DNA of 64,000 bases, taken from NCBI GenBank assembly GCA_964016885.1, contig OZ024740.1, positions 351,974,001 through 352,038,000 on the forward strand, written 5' to 3'. Below, piece by piece: positions 1-11,385 of the stretch. Every line of letters begins with the position of its first letter. Within the stretch, counting starts at the first letter, position 1. The notes below the pieces were generated by a model. It saw only the letters and a program-made list of their open reading frames with translations. It was not told the origin of the DNA and searched no databases. This DNA is from Eledone cirrhosa (lineage: Eukaryota). Both the position numbers and the translations under genes were made by a program.

Positions 1-324
1 CCAACTTTGGGCAACTGAGCCTTGATATCCCATAGAATAAAATTTGGTTCTATCTGGCCTTGTGCGTCTGTGGAGCACACAGCCCTCACCCACAGGCTGA
101 TGTACCAGGGGAAACCTGTAATGATTTGCAGCAATATCATGTACACCAAATGAATGCCTCTACTTAATCACACAGTGGAGATACCAGAATGACGTATTCA
201 TTGTTCCTGTTGTAACATCAGAGACCCAGAACACTGCTTACAAAGAACTTACTATCATTTCTGTTAGAACAGACAATGCAGGACCATTAGCCAATGTGTG
301 TTTCATGTCACAACAGCAGATATG

Positions 325-530
325 ATTTCTACTATAGGCACAAGGCCAGCTATTTTCTTTTTTTTGGGGGGGGGGGGGTTAAATCGACCCCAGTGCATTA
401 CTGGTGCTTTACTTTATCAACCCCGTAAGAATGTAAGCGAACTGAGAACTTGAGACTTGAAGATCCATAACTCTATGCTGCAGAGGATGGTGTATGACAC
501 TCTACCTATACTGCTAATCCGCAGTAGATA
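325..530 (-). mobile_element. SINE family 2 (Deu/Nin-like domain), degenerate copy
   Basis: Reverse complement of the family motif seen intact at 44000-44180 (cagtgcattactggtgcttt...ttatc-a-cccc-gtaag). Confidence 0.65.
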
Positions 531-695
531 TACTACCACATGTCCTTAAAGCAACAGTTAACCAGCTTTTTCATTTCAAATTTCACTTATCTTTTAATCA
601 CATCTTAAAGAGCCGGTCATATTTATGGTAATTCAAAAATAATCAAACCACTAATATAAATATTCTCAACTTCCATTTGTACCAAAACTTTATAT

Positions 696-792
696 ACACA
701 TGATGTCCCCCAAAAATGTATACACACTTCAACATTCTTATAAATATTGCCTATACAGGTAATCAAAGTGTGTATACATTTTTGGGGTAATA
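696..792. mobile_element. Tc1/mariner-type MITE
   Basis: Inverted repeats tgtcccccaaaaatgtatacacactt / aagtgtgtatacatttttgggg in TA context. A partial extra copy lies at 805-832 and a related copy at 37647-37726. Confidence 0.55.
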
Positions 793-837
793 TATATATA
801 TGAAGAGTGTCCCCCAAAATGTATACACACTGTAGTA

Positions 838-1098
838 GGAGGCACATGACTTAATGGTTAGAGCATTGGCCTTGCAATCGAAAGGTTGTGAGTTCAATTC
901 TCAGACTGGGGTCCCTATCATTCCACTGCAAAGTGGTCGTGGAGGTGCCACGGCAAAAAAAGCACCCAGCACTCACTGTAAATGAGGTTGGTGTTAGGAA
1001 GGGCATCCAGCTGTAGAAATCAAGCCAGAATCAGTTCCCGTCCCACCCTTGCAAGCAGGGAAAAGTGGACGTAAAATGAAATGAATGAAGAAATGATA
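838..1098 (+). mobile_element. SINE family 1 (tRNA head + RTE-like tail), central domain deleted
   Basis: A-box/B-box head ggcacatgacttaatggttagagc...gagttcaattc. Matches 40105-40450 but lacks the central ~85 bp between agaccggg and ggactgggg. Confidence 0.8.
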
Positions 1099-1225
1099 TA
1101 TCCAGCTGTAGAAATCTAACCAGAAACACAGTCACCTGACCCAACATGCCTCAAATGGGACAACCCGTCTAACCCATGCAAGTGTGGAAAGTGGACGTTA
1201 AACGATGATGATGATGTATATGTAA

Positions 1226-1266
<41 letters not shown>

Positions 1267-1704
1267 TATCAGGGAAAACAGACATTAAATGATGATGATG
1301 ACGTTTGTGTGTGTGTACATATTTACATACATATGCACAAATACACACTCACATTAATCAGTTTCTTTGAATATTATCTTATATGTACCAATAAGGTTAT
1401 CATCCAAAACACATTTAAAATTTGGTGATGTGGTAACTAGGTTACTAAGCAAGTCATTTCTATAAATAGCCAAACGATTTCTTAGATATATATATTGTAA
1501 ATTTTCCTTCAGATTAATTAAGCCTCTTTATCATATCTAGGATAGCTTCCTTTTAAAATTGGATATTTTATCATTGATCATATCAAATATTTAATAATAG
1601 TATATAATACATAAACACATTTTTATATCTAGAAATATTAGTATATACTAAATTTGATAAGGAATAAATTTTGTTGTTTTTTAAAATAAAGATAAATTAA
1701 TAAT

Positions 1705-1800
1705 TGTTTCTACTTTTGGCACAAGGTCAGCAATTACCCCAGTGCATTACTGGTGCTTTGTTTTATCGACCCCGTAAGGATGAAAAGCAAAGTTAACCTC
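1705..1800 (-). mobile_element. SINE family 2, 3' part
   Basis: ttttatcgaccccgtaaggatgaaaagcaaagttaacc, the reverse complement of the family core. Confidence 0.7.
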
Positions 1801-1856
1801 AAAATTAATAATATTAGATATTATGAGAAAACTCTTTTTTAACTGTATTTCTAATG

Positions 1857-2001
1857 CAGGATTTCCCAAACACGGAACCCCTAAAGTCTAATATTTTTAT
1901 ATGGTCATAATATAAATACGCTCCTCTACTTTTTTCCCGGAAGCCCAAACACTCCCTTACGGAACGCTTGGGTTCTGCGGAACCCACTTTGGGAATCACT
2001 G
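1857..2001. mobile_element. hAT-type MITE
   Basis: TIRs caggatttcccaaa / tttgggaatcactg, flanked by a near-identical 8-bp TSD ttctaatg (1849-1856) / ttctaatt (2002-2009). Confidence 0.75.
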
Positions 2002-2571
2002 TTCTAATTAAAGACAAAGCTACGATTTTCAAGTAATTTTGAAAATATTCAAGAATTTGATGGGATTTAGTAAAATAAGTTTTTCATTATTAAACTGGAG
2101 TTCAGATAATAATTTATGATGACAAAGACTCTTACACAAAATTATGAAGGAAGGTTTTTCAGATAAACATGGTATGGTAACATAGTGGTGCTGTATTGAC
2201 ATATGTTGTTTCTTGGGCATTTTAAGCATGGCGGATCCCATCCCTCTCCAGGCCTGAGTGCTGTAGATTTCTTCCAGAAAAATATAGAAAGTGAGAGAGA
2301 GGAAGTGAGAAAGAGATATAAAGGAAAAATCAACCCGAGTACTAGACTGGTACTTTTTATCAACTTCAAAATGATGAACGGCAAAGTTGACCTGGGCGGG
2401 ATTCGAACTGAGAGAGCAGAGAGTCAGAACACCATCATTATCACCACACCATTTAACATCTATTTTCCATGCTAGTATGGCTTACATGGAACGAATACCA
2501 TAAAGCACTCTATCCGATATTCTAATGACTGCCAATTCGCTGCCTTATTCAGATAAACATAAACACTTTAA

Positions 2572-2794
2572 CCCTTTAGCATTTAAACCGGCTATATCCG
2601 ACCAGAATTCTCTCATCTCTTTCTGTTCAAACTGCCTGTAATCGGCTGCTCATACTGATGTTGAGGTATTGTTCTCAAAATAAATAACATCAAAATCTCA
2701 TAGATTCGATATTATGTGAGATAATTATGTAAGATAAAGCCTTTAACACAAAAATACAATAGTAAAAATATGTAATAATTTAAATGTTAAAGAG
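2572..2794 (+). mobile_element. piggyBac-type MITE family A
   Basis: TTAA-ccctttagcattta ... taaatgttaaagag-TTAA; ~220 bp; 12 copies in the window. Confidence 0.85.
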
Positions 2795-3138
2795 TTAAAA
2801 CAAACTGTTTTGTTTGGTAGAACCAGGGGCTTGATATAATAATAATGAAATTATTGTGTACAGTGCTCAGGTGCACAACAAGATTAAGACATAAAAGAGA
2901 AACAGAATCACTGAGAGGATCCAAATCACATATTTATTGCTTGCCATATAACCTTTTAGCCAATTTTACTCTAGAGCACTTGCTTATAGTACTTACATCT
3001 TTTTTTGTTACTATGTCTTTTTTTTAATTTTCAACTGTTATTTTCATCTCTACTAGTTAATTAGTCAATTACTTAGAACAGGTTAACGTCAACTGTATTA
3101 TATGTAATAATATTATATGTAATAATATCAAACATAAC

Positions 3139-4621
3139 AAGAAACAGTCAGCAAGGTTAGAATTAACAACAAATATAGTGAAGAGTTTAGTGTAAAAGTT
3201 GGTGTTCATCAGGGCTCCCTTCTTAGCCCCCTACTATTTATTATTGCCCTTCAGGCTATAACAGAGGAGTTCAAGACTGGCTGCCTATGGGAACTCCTAT
3301 ATGCAGATGATCTAACGCTCATAGCTGAATCAATGGCTGAACTAGAGAAGAAATTCCAAACATGGAAGCATGGCTTAGAATCAAAAGGCCTTAAAGTTAA
3401 CTTGTCTAAGACTAAAGTTCTAGTTTGTAGAAAGGAAAATAGGGCACCGGTCCCATCTGGGAAATGGCCATGCTCAGTGTGTAGGAAAGGAGTAGACAGA
3501 AACACCATTTTATGTCCCAAATGCAAAGTATGGGTGCATAAAAGATGTAGTGGGATCACAGGTAAGCTAACTAAGAATATAGATTTTATATGTGGCCGGT
3601 GCTCTGGTGCAATAAGTAGCAGCAAGTGCCCACAAAATACTAGCTCATTCCATTGCACAAATGGTTCTATATAAATAGTGGACACCTTCCGTTACCTGGG
3701 TGACAAAATCAGCAGTGGGGAGGGTGCTCTGAAAGTACAGTGGCTAGAGTCAGAACGGGATGGAAAAAGCTCAGAGAGCTTATACCACTATTGGCCGCTA
3801 AAGGGTTCTCTCTAAAAATGAAAGGCAGGCTGTATGATGCCTGCATACGAACAGCAATGTTACATGGCAGTGAGACCTGGGCATTGTGTGCAGAGGATAT
3901 ACGCAGACTGGAGAGAAACGAAGCTTGCATGCTCTGCTGGATGTGTAATAGTAATATACATGAACGGCAAAGCATAAACGAACTAAGGGAGAAATTAGGA
4001 ATAAGAGGGATCAGATGTTGTTTACTCGAGAGAAGACTACGTTGGTATGGTCACATGATGCGCATAAAAGACGACAGCTGTATAAAAAAGTGCAGGGTGA
4101 TAAAAATAAACGGTAGCCACGGAGTAGGCAGACCCAGAAAAACCTGGGACGACTTGATAAATTCCGACCTCACACACTTACACCTCTCCAAGACAATGTC
4201 ACTGGACCGAGATCTTTGATGCTACACAGTTATACAGAAGACCCGCCTTGCCTAAGTACAAAGCAAAACCTACAGTCAGTAGGCACCTCTAACAAAATAC
4301 ACCCCCGTCCCACTACCCCCACCCCATCCACACCACCCCCTTAAATGTGAAGTTATGTTGGTACCACAACATCCAGTCTGAAACAAATGAGGTCGTGTAG
4401 GTATCACGACAAAAAAACACACAGTCCACGCTGTAATGTGGCCGCGTAGGTAACACGGTAAAAACCTCCCAGTCCACACTGTAAACGTGGTTGGTGTTGG
4501 GAAGGGCATCCAGCCGTAGAAAACCCGCCAGACAGTCCTATACGAGCAGGACAACCAATCTTGCCTCAAGTGGGAAAACTCCCGTTCAAACCCATGCAAG
4601 CGTGGAAGATGGACGTTAAAC

Positions 4622-4660
<39 letters not shown>
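3139..4660 (+). mobile_element. RTE-clade LINE, 5'-truncated and disrupted (RT C-terminal half, PHD-like finger, 3' UTR, (GAT)n tail)
   Basis: Translation gives GVHQGS-LSPLLFI and LLYADDL RT motifs, then ORFs 3333-3674 and 3740-4219 (GSETW, RLRWYGH, GRPRKTW). There is a stop at 3672-3674, and the copy ends ggacgttaaac(gat)n. Confidence 0.92.
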
Positions 4661-4894
4661 AAGGTACCGCACAATAAGTTGATGTATACAATGTAATATA
4701 TCACCACAAATTAATGACCTAAATAGATTTAGTTAATGATGAGAGATTAGCAGATAGAGAGATTAGCAGATTCTTTGTAAATGTAACTGGACTTTGGAAA
4801 ATTTAAGAACTTTACAACAAATTCTATGTAATCAACAAAGAAACATTATTTTCTGCAAAATCCAATCCAGACTTCTTCCAAGGGCCTCAAGCAG

Positions 4895-5220
4895 TGCATG
4901 TGACAACAGCACAGCTCCCATGACTTTCGGAAACATTTTTTCACACTCAGAGTTGCTGAAGCATAGAACAAACTACCTGCATCAGTTATTAGCTGTCGAG
5001 ACACTGCATCCTTTAAAACCTCCATGCTTCCTGATATTCGCCAACACTATACCTGTTATCCCCCTTCCATACACACGCACACATGTATATCATGACTCAT
5101 GCACTGTTTACTTTCCTGATATTTATACATTATTTTTTGTAATATACATGAACTGTTGATGAGTTGTAGTGCACCCGAGTACTGTACATAATAATTTCCA
5201 TTTCATTATTATTATCATCA
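4895..5220 (+). mobile_element. CR1-like LINE 3' end
   Basis: Translates as RKHFFTLRVAEA*NKLPASVISCRDTASFK, resembling the CR1 ORF2 C-terminus. Its 3' end gagttgtagtgcacccgagtactgtaca...(att)n recurs inverted at ~2835-2885 and ~60043-60210. Confidence 0.65.
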
Positions 5221-5276
5221 AATGTGTCCAATATGTCCTTTTGTTTTTTTCCAGGATGGTAAAGTGGCCTGTGGAA

Positions 5277-5277
<1 letters not shown>

Positions 5278-5334
<57 letters not shown>

Positions 5335-5372
5335 TGTGTGTGTGTACGTGTGTGTGTGTACGTGTGTGTGGT
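5278..5372. repeat. (TG)n microsatellite
   Basis: Directly visible. Confidence 0.95.
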
Positions 5373-5586
5373 CTGTGTGTGTTTGGTTTTCTTGGTGTCT
5401 TCACTTCACATTTACTATTGCAGGCAGTGATATTTCTGAATGTTTCTGCTACTCAGTGGTTAGATGTGTCAAGTTCCATACCTCACTTATAATACTGATA
5501 TCCACTTACCCCCCACTCTCCTGAGCGTGAAATTAATAAACATTTATTGTACTGCCTCTCTGTTTTGTCCCTGTTCAAATTTTTCC

Positions 5587-5640
<54 letters not shown>

Positions 5641-5645
<5 letters not shown>

Positions 5646-6112
5646 ATAATAATAAATTTGAAGACTGAATCCAAAGAGGGCTCGATAAGGATAAATATAT
5701 ATCAAATATATAAGAACCGGAGAGCAAATATTTATTAAAATAACAGATTAAAGTTTAAGCAAAGTTGAAAGGCTTCTACAGGACTAGAACTGTTTCATTC
5801 AGGAGAAATCATCAGGAAGTCGACTGTCCAAGTAATATGGTGGTATTTATATCTTTTCTAGTGGTAGGAGAGGGTGGTGATTGGGATGGGGGGAAGTCAT
5901 TGGTTGATGGGTTTAAAGAAAAAGGAATTCTTTAAAAACTATATTTAGAATAACAAAGGCAGAAAGAATTCTATAGACAGGTTCACTCTGGGGGGTGCCA
6001 CTCCTGCTTTTTAAGGTTCACTTAAGCTAACAATGCCTTTGGTCAGGTGTCTACAAGCACATTCACACGCACATATAAAGCCCTCACTCCCACACACTCG
6101 CAAAAACAGACA

Positions 6113-6113
<1 letters not shown>
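5641..6113 (-). mobile_element. Penelope-like pseudo-LTR / hammerhead-bearing element in (TA)n
   Basis: Bounded by (TA)n on both sides. Contains the hammerhead motif at 5773-5819 and an upstream TATAAATA on the minus strand. Confidence 0.6.
5773..5819 (-). ncRNA. Minimal type I hammerhead ribozyme motif
   Basis: Minus strand: CTTC CTGATGA t-TTC-tcct-GAA-t GAAA CAG-ttctagtc-CTG TA GAAG. Stems I, II and III pair, and the cleavage triplet is GUA. Confidence 0.75.
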
Positions 6114-6147
<34 letters not shown>

Positions 6148-6152
<5 letters not shown>

Positions 6153-6272
6153 AAAATGTTCAAGACTCTGCCGACAGAGCTCGAGCCGTTTCGACGGCTA
6201 TTTCTGGACTGTCCAGAAATAGCCGTCGAAACGGCTCGAGCTCTGCCGTCGGGGACTTGAACATTTTCCTAT
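6148..6272. repeat. Fold-back palindrome (~61-bp arms, 1-nt loop) containing the 3' half of a hammerhead
   Basis: Centre ggac-t-gtcc at 6210. The right arm reads GAAA CGGC-tcgagctct-GCCG TC. Confidence 0.8.
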
Positions 6273-6567
6273 TACCCACTCTACTACACTTCCTTCATTA
6301 TATATATATATATTATAATAATAACAAATGAGGGTTGACATCAGAAAGGATATCTGGCTGTAAGATTCTGCCTCAAAAAGTTTCATCCTACCCATTCTAG
6401 CATAAAAAAAATGAGCTTAAAACTGATGAAGGAAACAATGTCAGAAACGGATATTAAATCAGTAGTAAAATCTAAGAATGTCATAATAGCCATAGAATAA
6501 AGTGATTGGGATTGATTTAAGATAATTGGGAGAAAAACATTCATATATACCTATACTTTTTCCTATA

Positions 6568-7070
6568 ATATATATATATGCAAACATACATATATATATA
6601 TATATATATACCTGTATATAAATATATATATGCAAACATCCATATATATATAAATATATATATATGTAAACGTACATATATACATACATATATATAAATA
6701 TATATATGTAAACATACATATATACATACATATATATATAAATATATATATGTAAACATACATATATACATACATATATATATAAATATATATATGTAAA
6801 CATACATATATACATACATATATATAAATATATATATGTAAACATACATATATACATATATATATAAATATATATATATGTAAACATACATATATACATA
6901 GATATATATATAAATATATATATATGTAAACATACATATATACATAGATATATATAAATATATATATGCAAACATACACACACATATATATATATATATA
7001 TGCAAACATACACATATATATATATATATATATATATGCAAACATACACACATATATATATATATATATA
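6568..7070. repeat. TA-rich compound micro/minisatellite (~40-bp higher-order unit)
   Basis: Repeats of tgtaaacatacatatatacatacatatatataaatatatata. Confidence 0.9.
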
Positions 7071-7183
7071 AGAAACCACTGGTAAATAGAATAATTGCCT
7101 TATGTTGTTTATTACATAACTATTAAGCTCTATTACCTACATAGAGCACTCTTTTTTCCTGGACTTTTCCGACGGAATTACTT

Positions 7184-7185
<2 letters not shown>

Positions 7186-7223
<38 letters not shown>

Positions 7224-7356
7224 AACATACACATATATATATATATATATGCAAACATACACATATATATATATATAAGTGGGAAAACCCCCGTCCAAAC
7301 CCATGCAAGCGTGGAACACGGACGTTAAACGTTGATGATGATGATGATGATGATGA

Positions 7357-7393
<37 letters not shown>

Positions 7394-7667
7394 TACACAC
7401 ACATACATATATTTATTACACACACACATATATACATACACGCACACACATATATATATACATACACGCACACACATATATATATACACACGCACACACA
7501 TGTACATACACGCACACATATATATATACATACACACACACATATATATATATACATACACGCACACATATATATATACATACACGCACACATATATATA
7601 TATACATACACACACACATATATATACATATACACGCACACATATATATACAGTCAAACACATACAC

Positions 7668-7715
<48 letters not shown>

Positions 7716-7730
7716 ATACATATACACACC
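7186..7730. repeat. (TA)/(CA) compound microsatellite interrupted by an RTE 3' tail (7278-7357)
   Basis: Directly visible; the insert ends ggacgttaaacgtt(gat)n. Confidence 0.9.
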
Positions 7731-8136
7731 TCTCATCAGTTTTTATTGCTACTCTATATCAATTTGATCCATCCTAACTAATAAACAGTATGACCATTTC
7801 ACTAAAATGTCTACCATAACAAAAACTATGGAACCTCCATTAACAAGCTCAATATCACCTTTCCAAACTATATAATCTTCTGTTTTAATGAGAGAATACA
7901 GAATGAAACTGGCTTTACTACTGTTTATCAATTATTTTTATCCCTCACAACCCTCTAGCTGTTACTCACACATATATGTATATATACACACTGTAGTGAT
8001 TCAGTAACTAAGGGGCTAAACTCCTTCTTCTCAAATGGCTAAATTAGGGGGTTTCTTATTTTATTGCTATCTATTGGGATAAATGAAAATACTGAAATAC
8101 ATTTTTATTAGTTGCATATTATATACATATACTATA

Positions 8137-8178
<42 letters not shown>

Positions 8179-8566
8179 CATAGCTACACACATATATAGC
8201 ACACACGTGAAAATATTTAGGATATGTAGATCTAAACTTATATATAAGATATATATATATATATATGTGCTTATCCTTTATATATATATATATATAAGCT
8301 TAAGCACAACTTTGTGTTAAAGAAGTTTACTTCATAATAATTTAGTTCCTTGTTTGATTCTACTGAGCAACAGCTTAAACAAGTGTTTTCTCTTATATCT
8401 CTCAGTTTGCCTGAAAAACACCCAATTTGGTGGAGGAAAACTATTGTGTATATCCATTTAAATGGATGGATGGATAGATAGATAGATAGATAAGTATAGA
8501 GAGTGAGTTAAGAGCAAGCTTTTATATAAGACATTATACATATGATGTATAACAGTGTAAATATAT

Positions 8567-8870
8567 CATCATCATCATCATTTTGCGTCCGCTTTTCCCT
8601 GCTTGCAAGGGTGGGACGGGAACCGATTCTGGCTTGATTTCTACAGCTGGATGCCCTTCCTAACACCAACCTCATTTACAGTGAGTGCTGGGTGCTTTTT
8701 TGCCGTGGCACCTCCACGACCACTTTGCAGTGGAATGATATGGACCCCAGTCCCTATCATCTCATTTCTACAGCTGAGTAAACTGGAGCAATGTGAAATA
8801 AAGTGTCTTGCTCAAGGAAACAACACATCACCCGGTCTGAGAATTGAACTCACAACCTTTCGATTGCAAG
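8567..8870 (-). mobile_element. SINE family 1 (tRNA head + CORE-like domain + RTE-like tail), slightly 5'-truncated
   Basis: Reverse complement is near-identical to 40105-40450. Confidence 0.85.
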
Positions 8871-8915
8871 ATGTCAATGAAAATTGAAGAATGTTTAATC
8901 TTTCAATTATTTAAT

Positions 8916-9146
8916 TACTGAAGATCGTTTCATCCTAGCACAAAGCTGGAATCATCGGAGGTGATAACAAAAGTCAAACACAAATATAAGATCAAAACTT
9001 TGTCACAAGAACATTCGGAGGAAACATAATATGGGAGGTTAGATAAGCGTAATCATGAAAATTTATATAACGTAACTGAGGCAAAAACATGAAAGATAAA
9101 TGCAGTATGATTCCGGCTTTGTGCTAGGATGAAACGATCATCAGTG
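8916..9146. repeat. Inverted pair of degenerate hammerhead motifs
   Basis: atgattcc(a/g)gctttgtgctaggatgaaacgatc(t/a)tcagt occurs on minus (8916-8963) and plus (9107-9146). Confidence 0.55.
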
Positions 9147-9338
9147 ATTTGGCAAAACCAACCAGCAAGAGACCCAGGAGTAGACCCAAGCAATTGGTTG
9201 GATAATATCCATGATCTTGGCTGGTCATACTTGAGGATCCATCCGGATCAGTTGGAGATGGTTGCTTCTGACAAAACATGGTGGAGGGAGTGTTTGAGGT
9301 CTGCTCCCTCGACCTTCTCAGGAATAAGTGGGCAAAGA
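9147..9338 (+). mobile_element. 3' end of a second RTE-like LINE family
   Basis: Translates as RDPGVDP..WLDNIHDLGWS, a degenerate RPRGRP..W.D motif. Related fragments lie at ~2200-2280, ~33440-33520 and ~56040-56165. Confidence 0.55.
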
Positions 9339-9429
9339 TATATATATATATATATATAATATAACTTAGAGTTTACACTCAATGGGGTCATTTACAATTA
9401 TTTCAGCTCTAAGAATCATTTCTGAGCAG

Positions 9430-9735
9430 TATTAATTAATATATGATAAACACTTACGTGTTTTAGTTGTAATTGACAATAAAATAGCTAGAATGAAATA
9501 TCTTAATTCAAATACATATAGTCTGCCTGTGTCGATCTAAGAAATAATAAATCAATACTCACAAACACATATCGGCAAAAGGCCTTTTGCCGATATGTGT
9601 TTGTGAGTATTGATTTATTATTTTTTAGATCGACGCCGGCAGACTATATGTATTTGAATTAAGATATTTCATTCTAGCTATTTTATTGTCAATTACAACT
9701 AAAACACGTAAGTGTTTATCATATATTAATTAATA
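9430..9735. repeat. Near-perfect palindrome, ~153-bp arms, no spacer
   Basis: Centre ggcaaaagg|ccttttgcc at 9582/9583. I count about 3 mismatches between arms. The right arm runs into (TA)n. Confidence 0.95.
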
Positions 9736-10545
9736 TATATATATATATCTTTCCTGATAAGCTAATCCTATATAGTTGCTTATAAGTTTGTTGTAGACAA
9801 TTTGTATCAGAAGTATGTAAATATGTACATTCGTGTACTTCTCTAATATTTTACATCCATTTTAGTTCACTTATCCCTAAACTTCTCTCTCCACCCACTA
9901 TCTTCCCTTTTCATATAATTCTGCAAACTTTTCCTCCCTCAAAATACTTCAATTACATATTTAAGAGTAACCATTCACAGCACTTTCACAACAAATATTA
10001 TATTTTACTTGACATTTTCCTTATACTAACCTTTACAAGCACCCAATTCTATCTTGTTATATGCTAAAAATACAACCCTGAAATTCCATTAATTATCATA
10101 ATATGTTATTATTACAAGCTACCTATATTGTTATAAAAAGTGCCAGCATGACTGAATGTGTAGGTATGACTGGATGGTTAAATTTCATTCAACACCACTG
10201 TGTGACGCCTTTGGCTCAACAAAAGCATGTGAATGAATTTGGTAAATAGAAACTGTGAGAGAATCTGTCATCATAATCACAATCTTCCTGAAACCTAGTG
10301 AGTGAAATTTGGTAAACAGAAGGTGTTTTGAGGGCCATTAGAAGAACTTTATCTGTAACTCGAAAGTGAAATTATATCACACTGTGGCATAATGATTCCA
10401 CTTTAGAATTACATTAAGAGTACATATACCTGGAGAATACTTTGTCACATTGCAGGTCAATTCATTGAATAATTTGTCCAGTTCATCAAACATCTAGACA
10501 CTTATAGAGTTTTCAATGGGAGAGTCCACATATATATATATATAT

Positions 10546-11165
10546 TCATCATCATTTAACGTCTATTTTACATACTAGCATGTTTAGATGGGTTGTCCCA
10601 TTAGAGGCAAGTTGGATCAGGTGATCATGTCTTGCACATATAGAACTGTTTCTGGCAAGGTTTCTTTGGCTGGATGCCCTTCCTAATGCCAACCACATTT
10701 ACATTGTGTGCCAGATGCTTTTTGACATGACTCCTACATGCCCATTTTACAGTGTGGGCTGGGTGCTTTTTATCGTGACACCTACTTCACTACTTTATAG
10801 TGTGGGCTGGGTGCTTTTTCTTGTGACACCTACATGACCACTTACATATATACATACACATATAAAGTGGTAGTGCAGTAACCACAATGAAAAGCACATA
10901 GTCAGCACTGCAAGATGGTAGTGATGGGGCCACAAGAAACAAAAAAACCTAGTCCACCATGAAAGTTGACAATGCTGGAGTCACAATGAAACATTACCAG
11001 CACATGCTGCAAGGCATTAGGAAAAGCATCTAGCCATAGAAACAAAGAATATTATATGATTATATTATTAAAAAATGGAGCATACGAACAAGACATGGTC
11101 ACCTGACTAGTCTCGTCTCAATATGGAGCAACCCATCTAACCCAGACATGTAAAACATGATGATG
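10546..11165. mobile_element. Two divergent RTE-tail-derived non-autonomous elements with ~45-bp internal repeats
   Basis: The minus copy (10546-10850) and plus copy (10865-11165) both carry the gaagggcatccagc..agaaac and (gat)n tail motifs. Confidence 0.65.
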
Positions 11166-11179
11166 CTATCTATATATAT

Positions 11180-11385
11180 GATAGCCGACTGAATAAGTGT
11201 TTTTTTTTCTTATTTTCCCTGTTCCTTCCTCTCATCACTCTTTACTTTCTATTTATTTTCTATTTCTAACTATCTTCTGATAAAGGACAAAACTTTAAGA
11301 CACTCTTCTGCTATTTTAAGTGTTAAACTAATATATTTCTTCCATGTACTGTGCCGTTATTTTTGTTATTACTTTTACATATATC
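11180..11385 (+). mobile_element. Degenerate hammerhead-bearing repeat (same family as 41992-42180 and 25390-25560)
   Basis: Shared text gccgactgaata...ttccttcctctca.cactcttt...ctaactatctt(c/t)tgat.a...ttaaactaatatatttctt. Confidence 0.55.

Noticed and set aside
9430-9735. Palindromes as pure assembly artefacts
   Set aside because: The arms carry substitutions or indels and have unequal ends, and several independent cases share one architecture. An artefact is not fully excluded without reads.
9750-10140. Second possible Penelope RT remnant
   Set aside because: Only faint motif resemblance, too degenerate to support.
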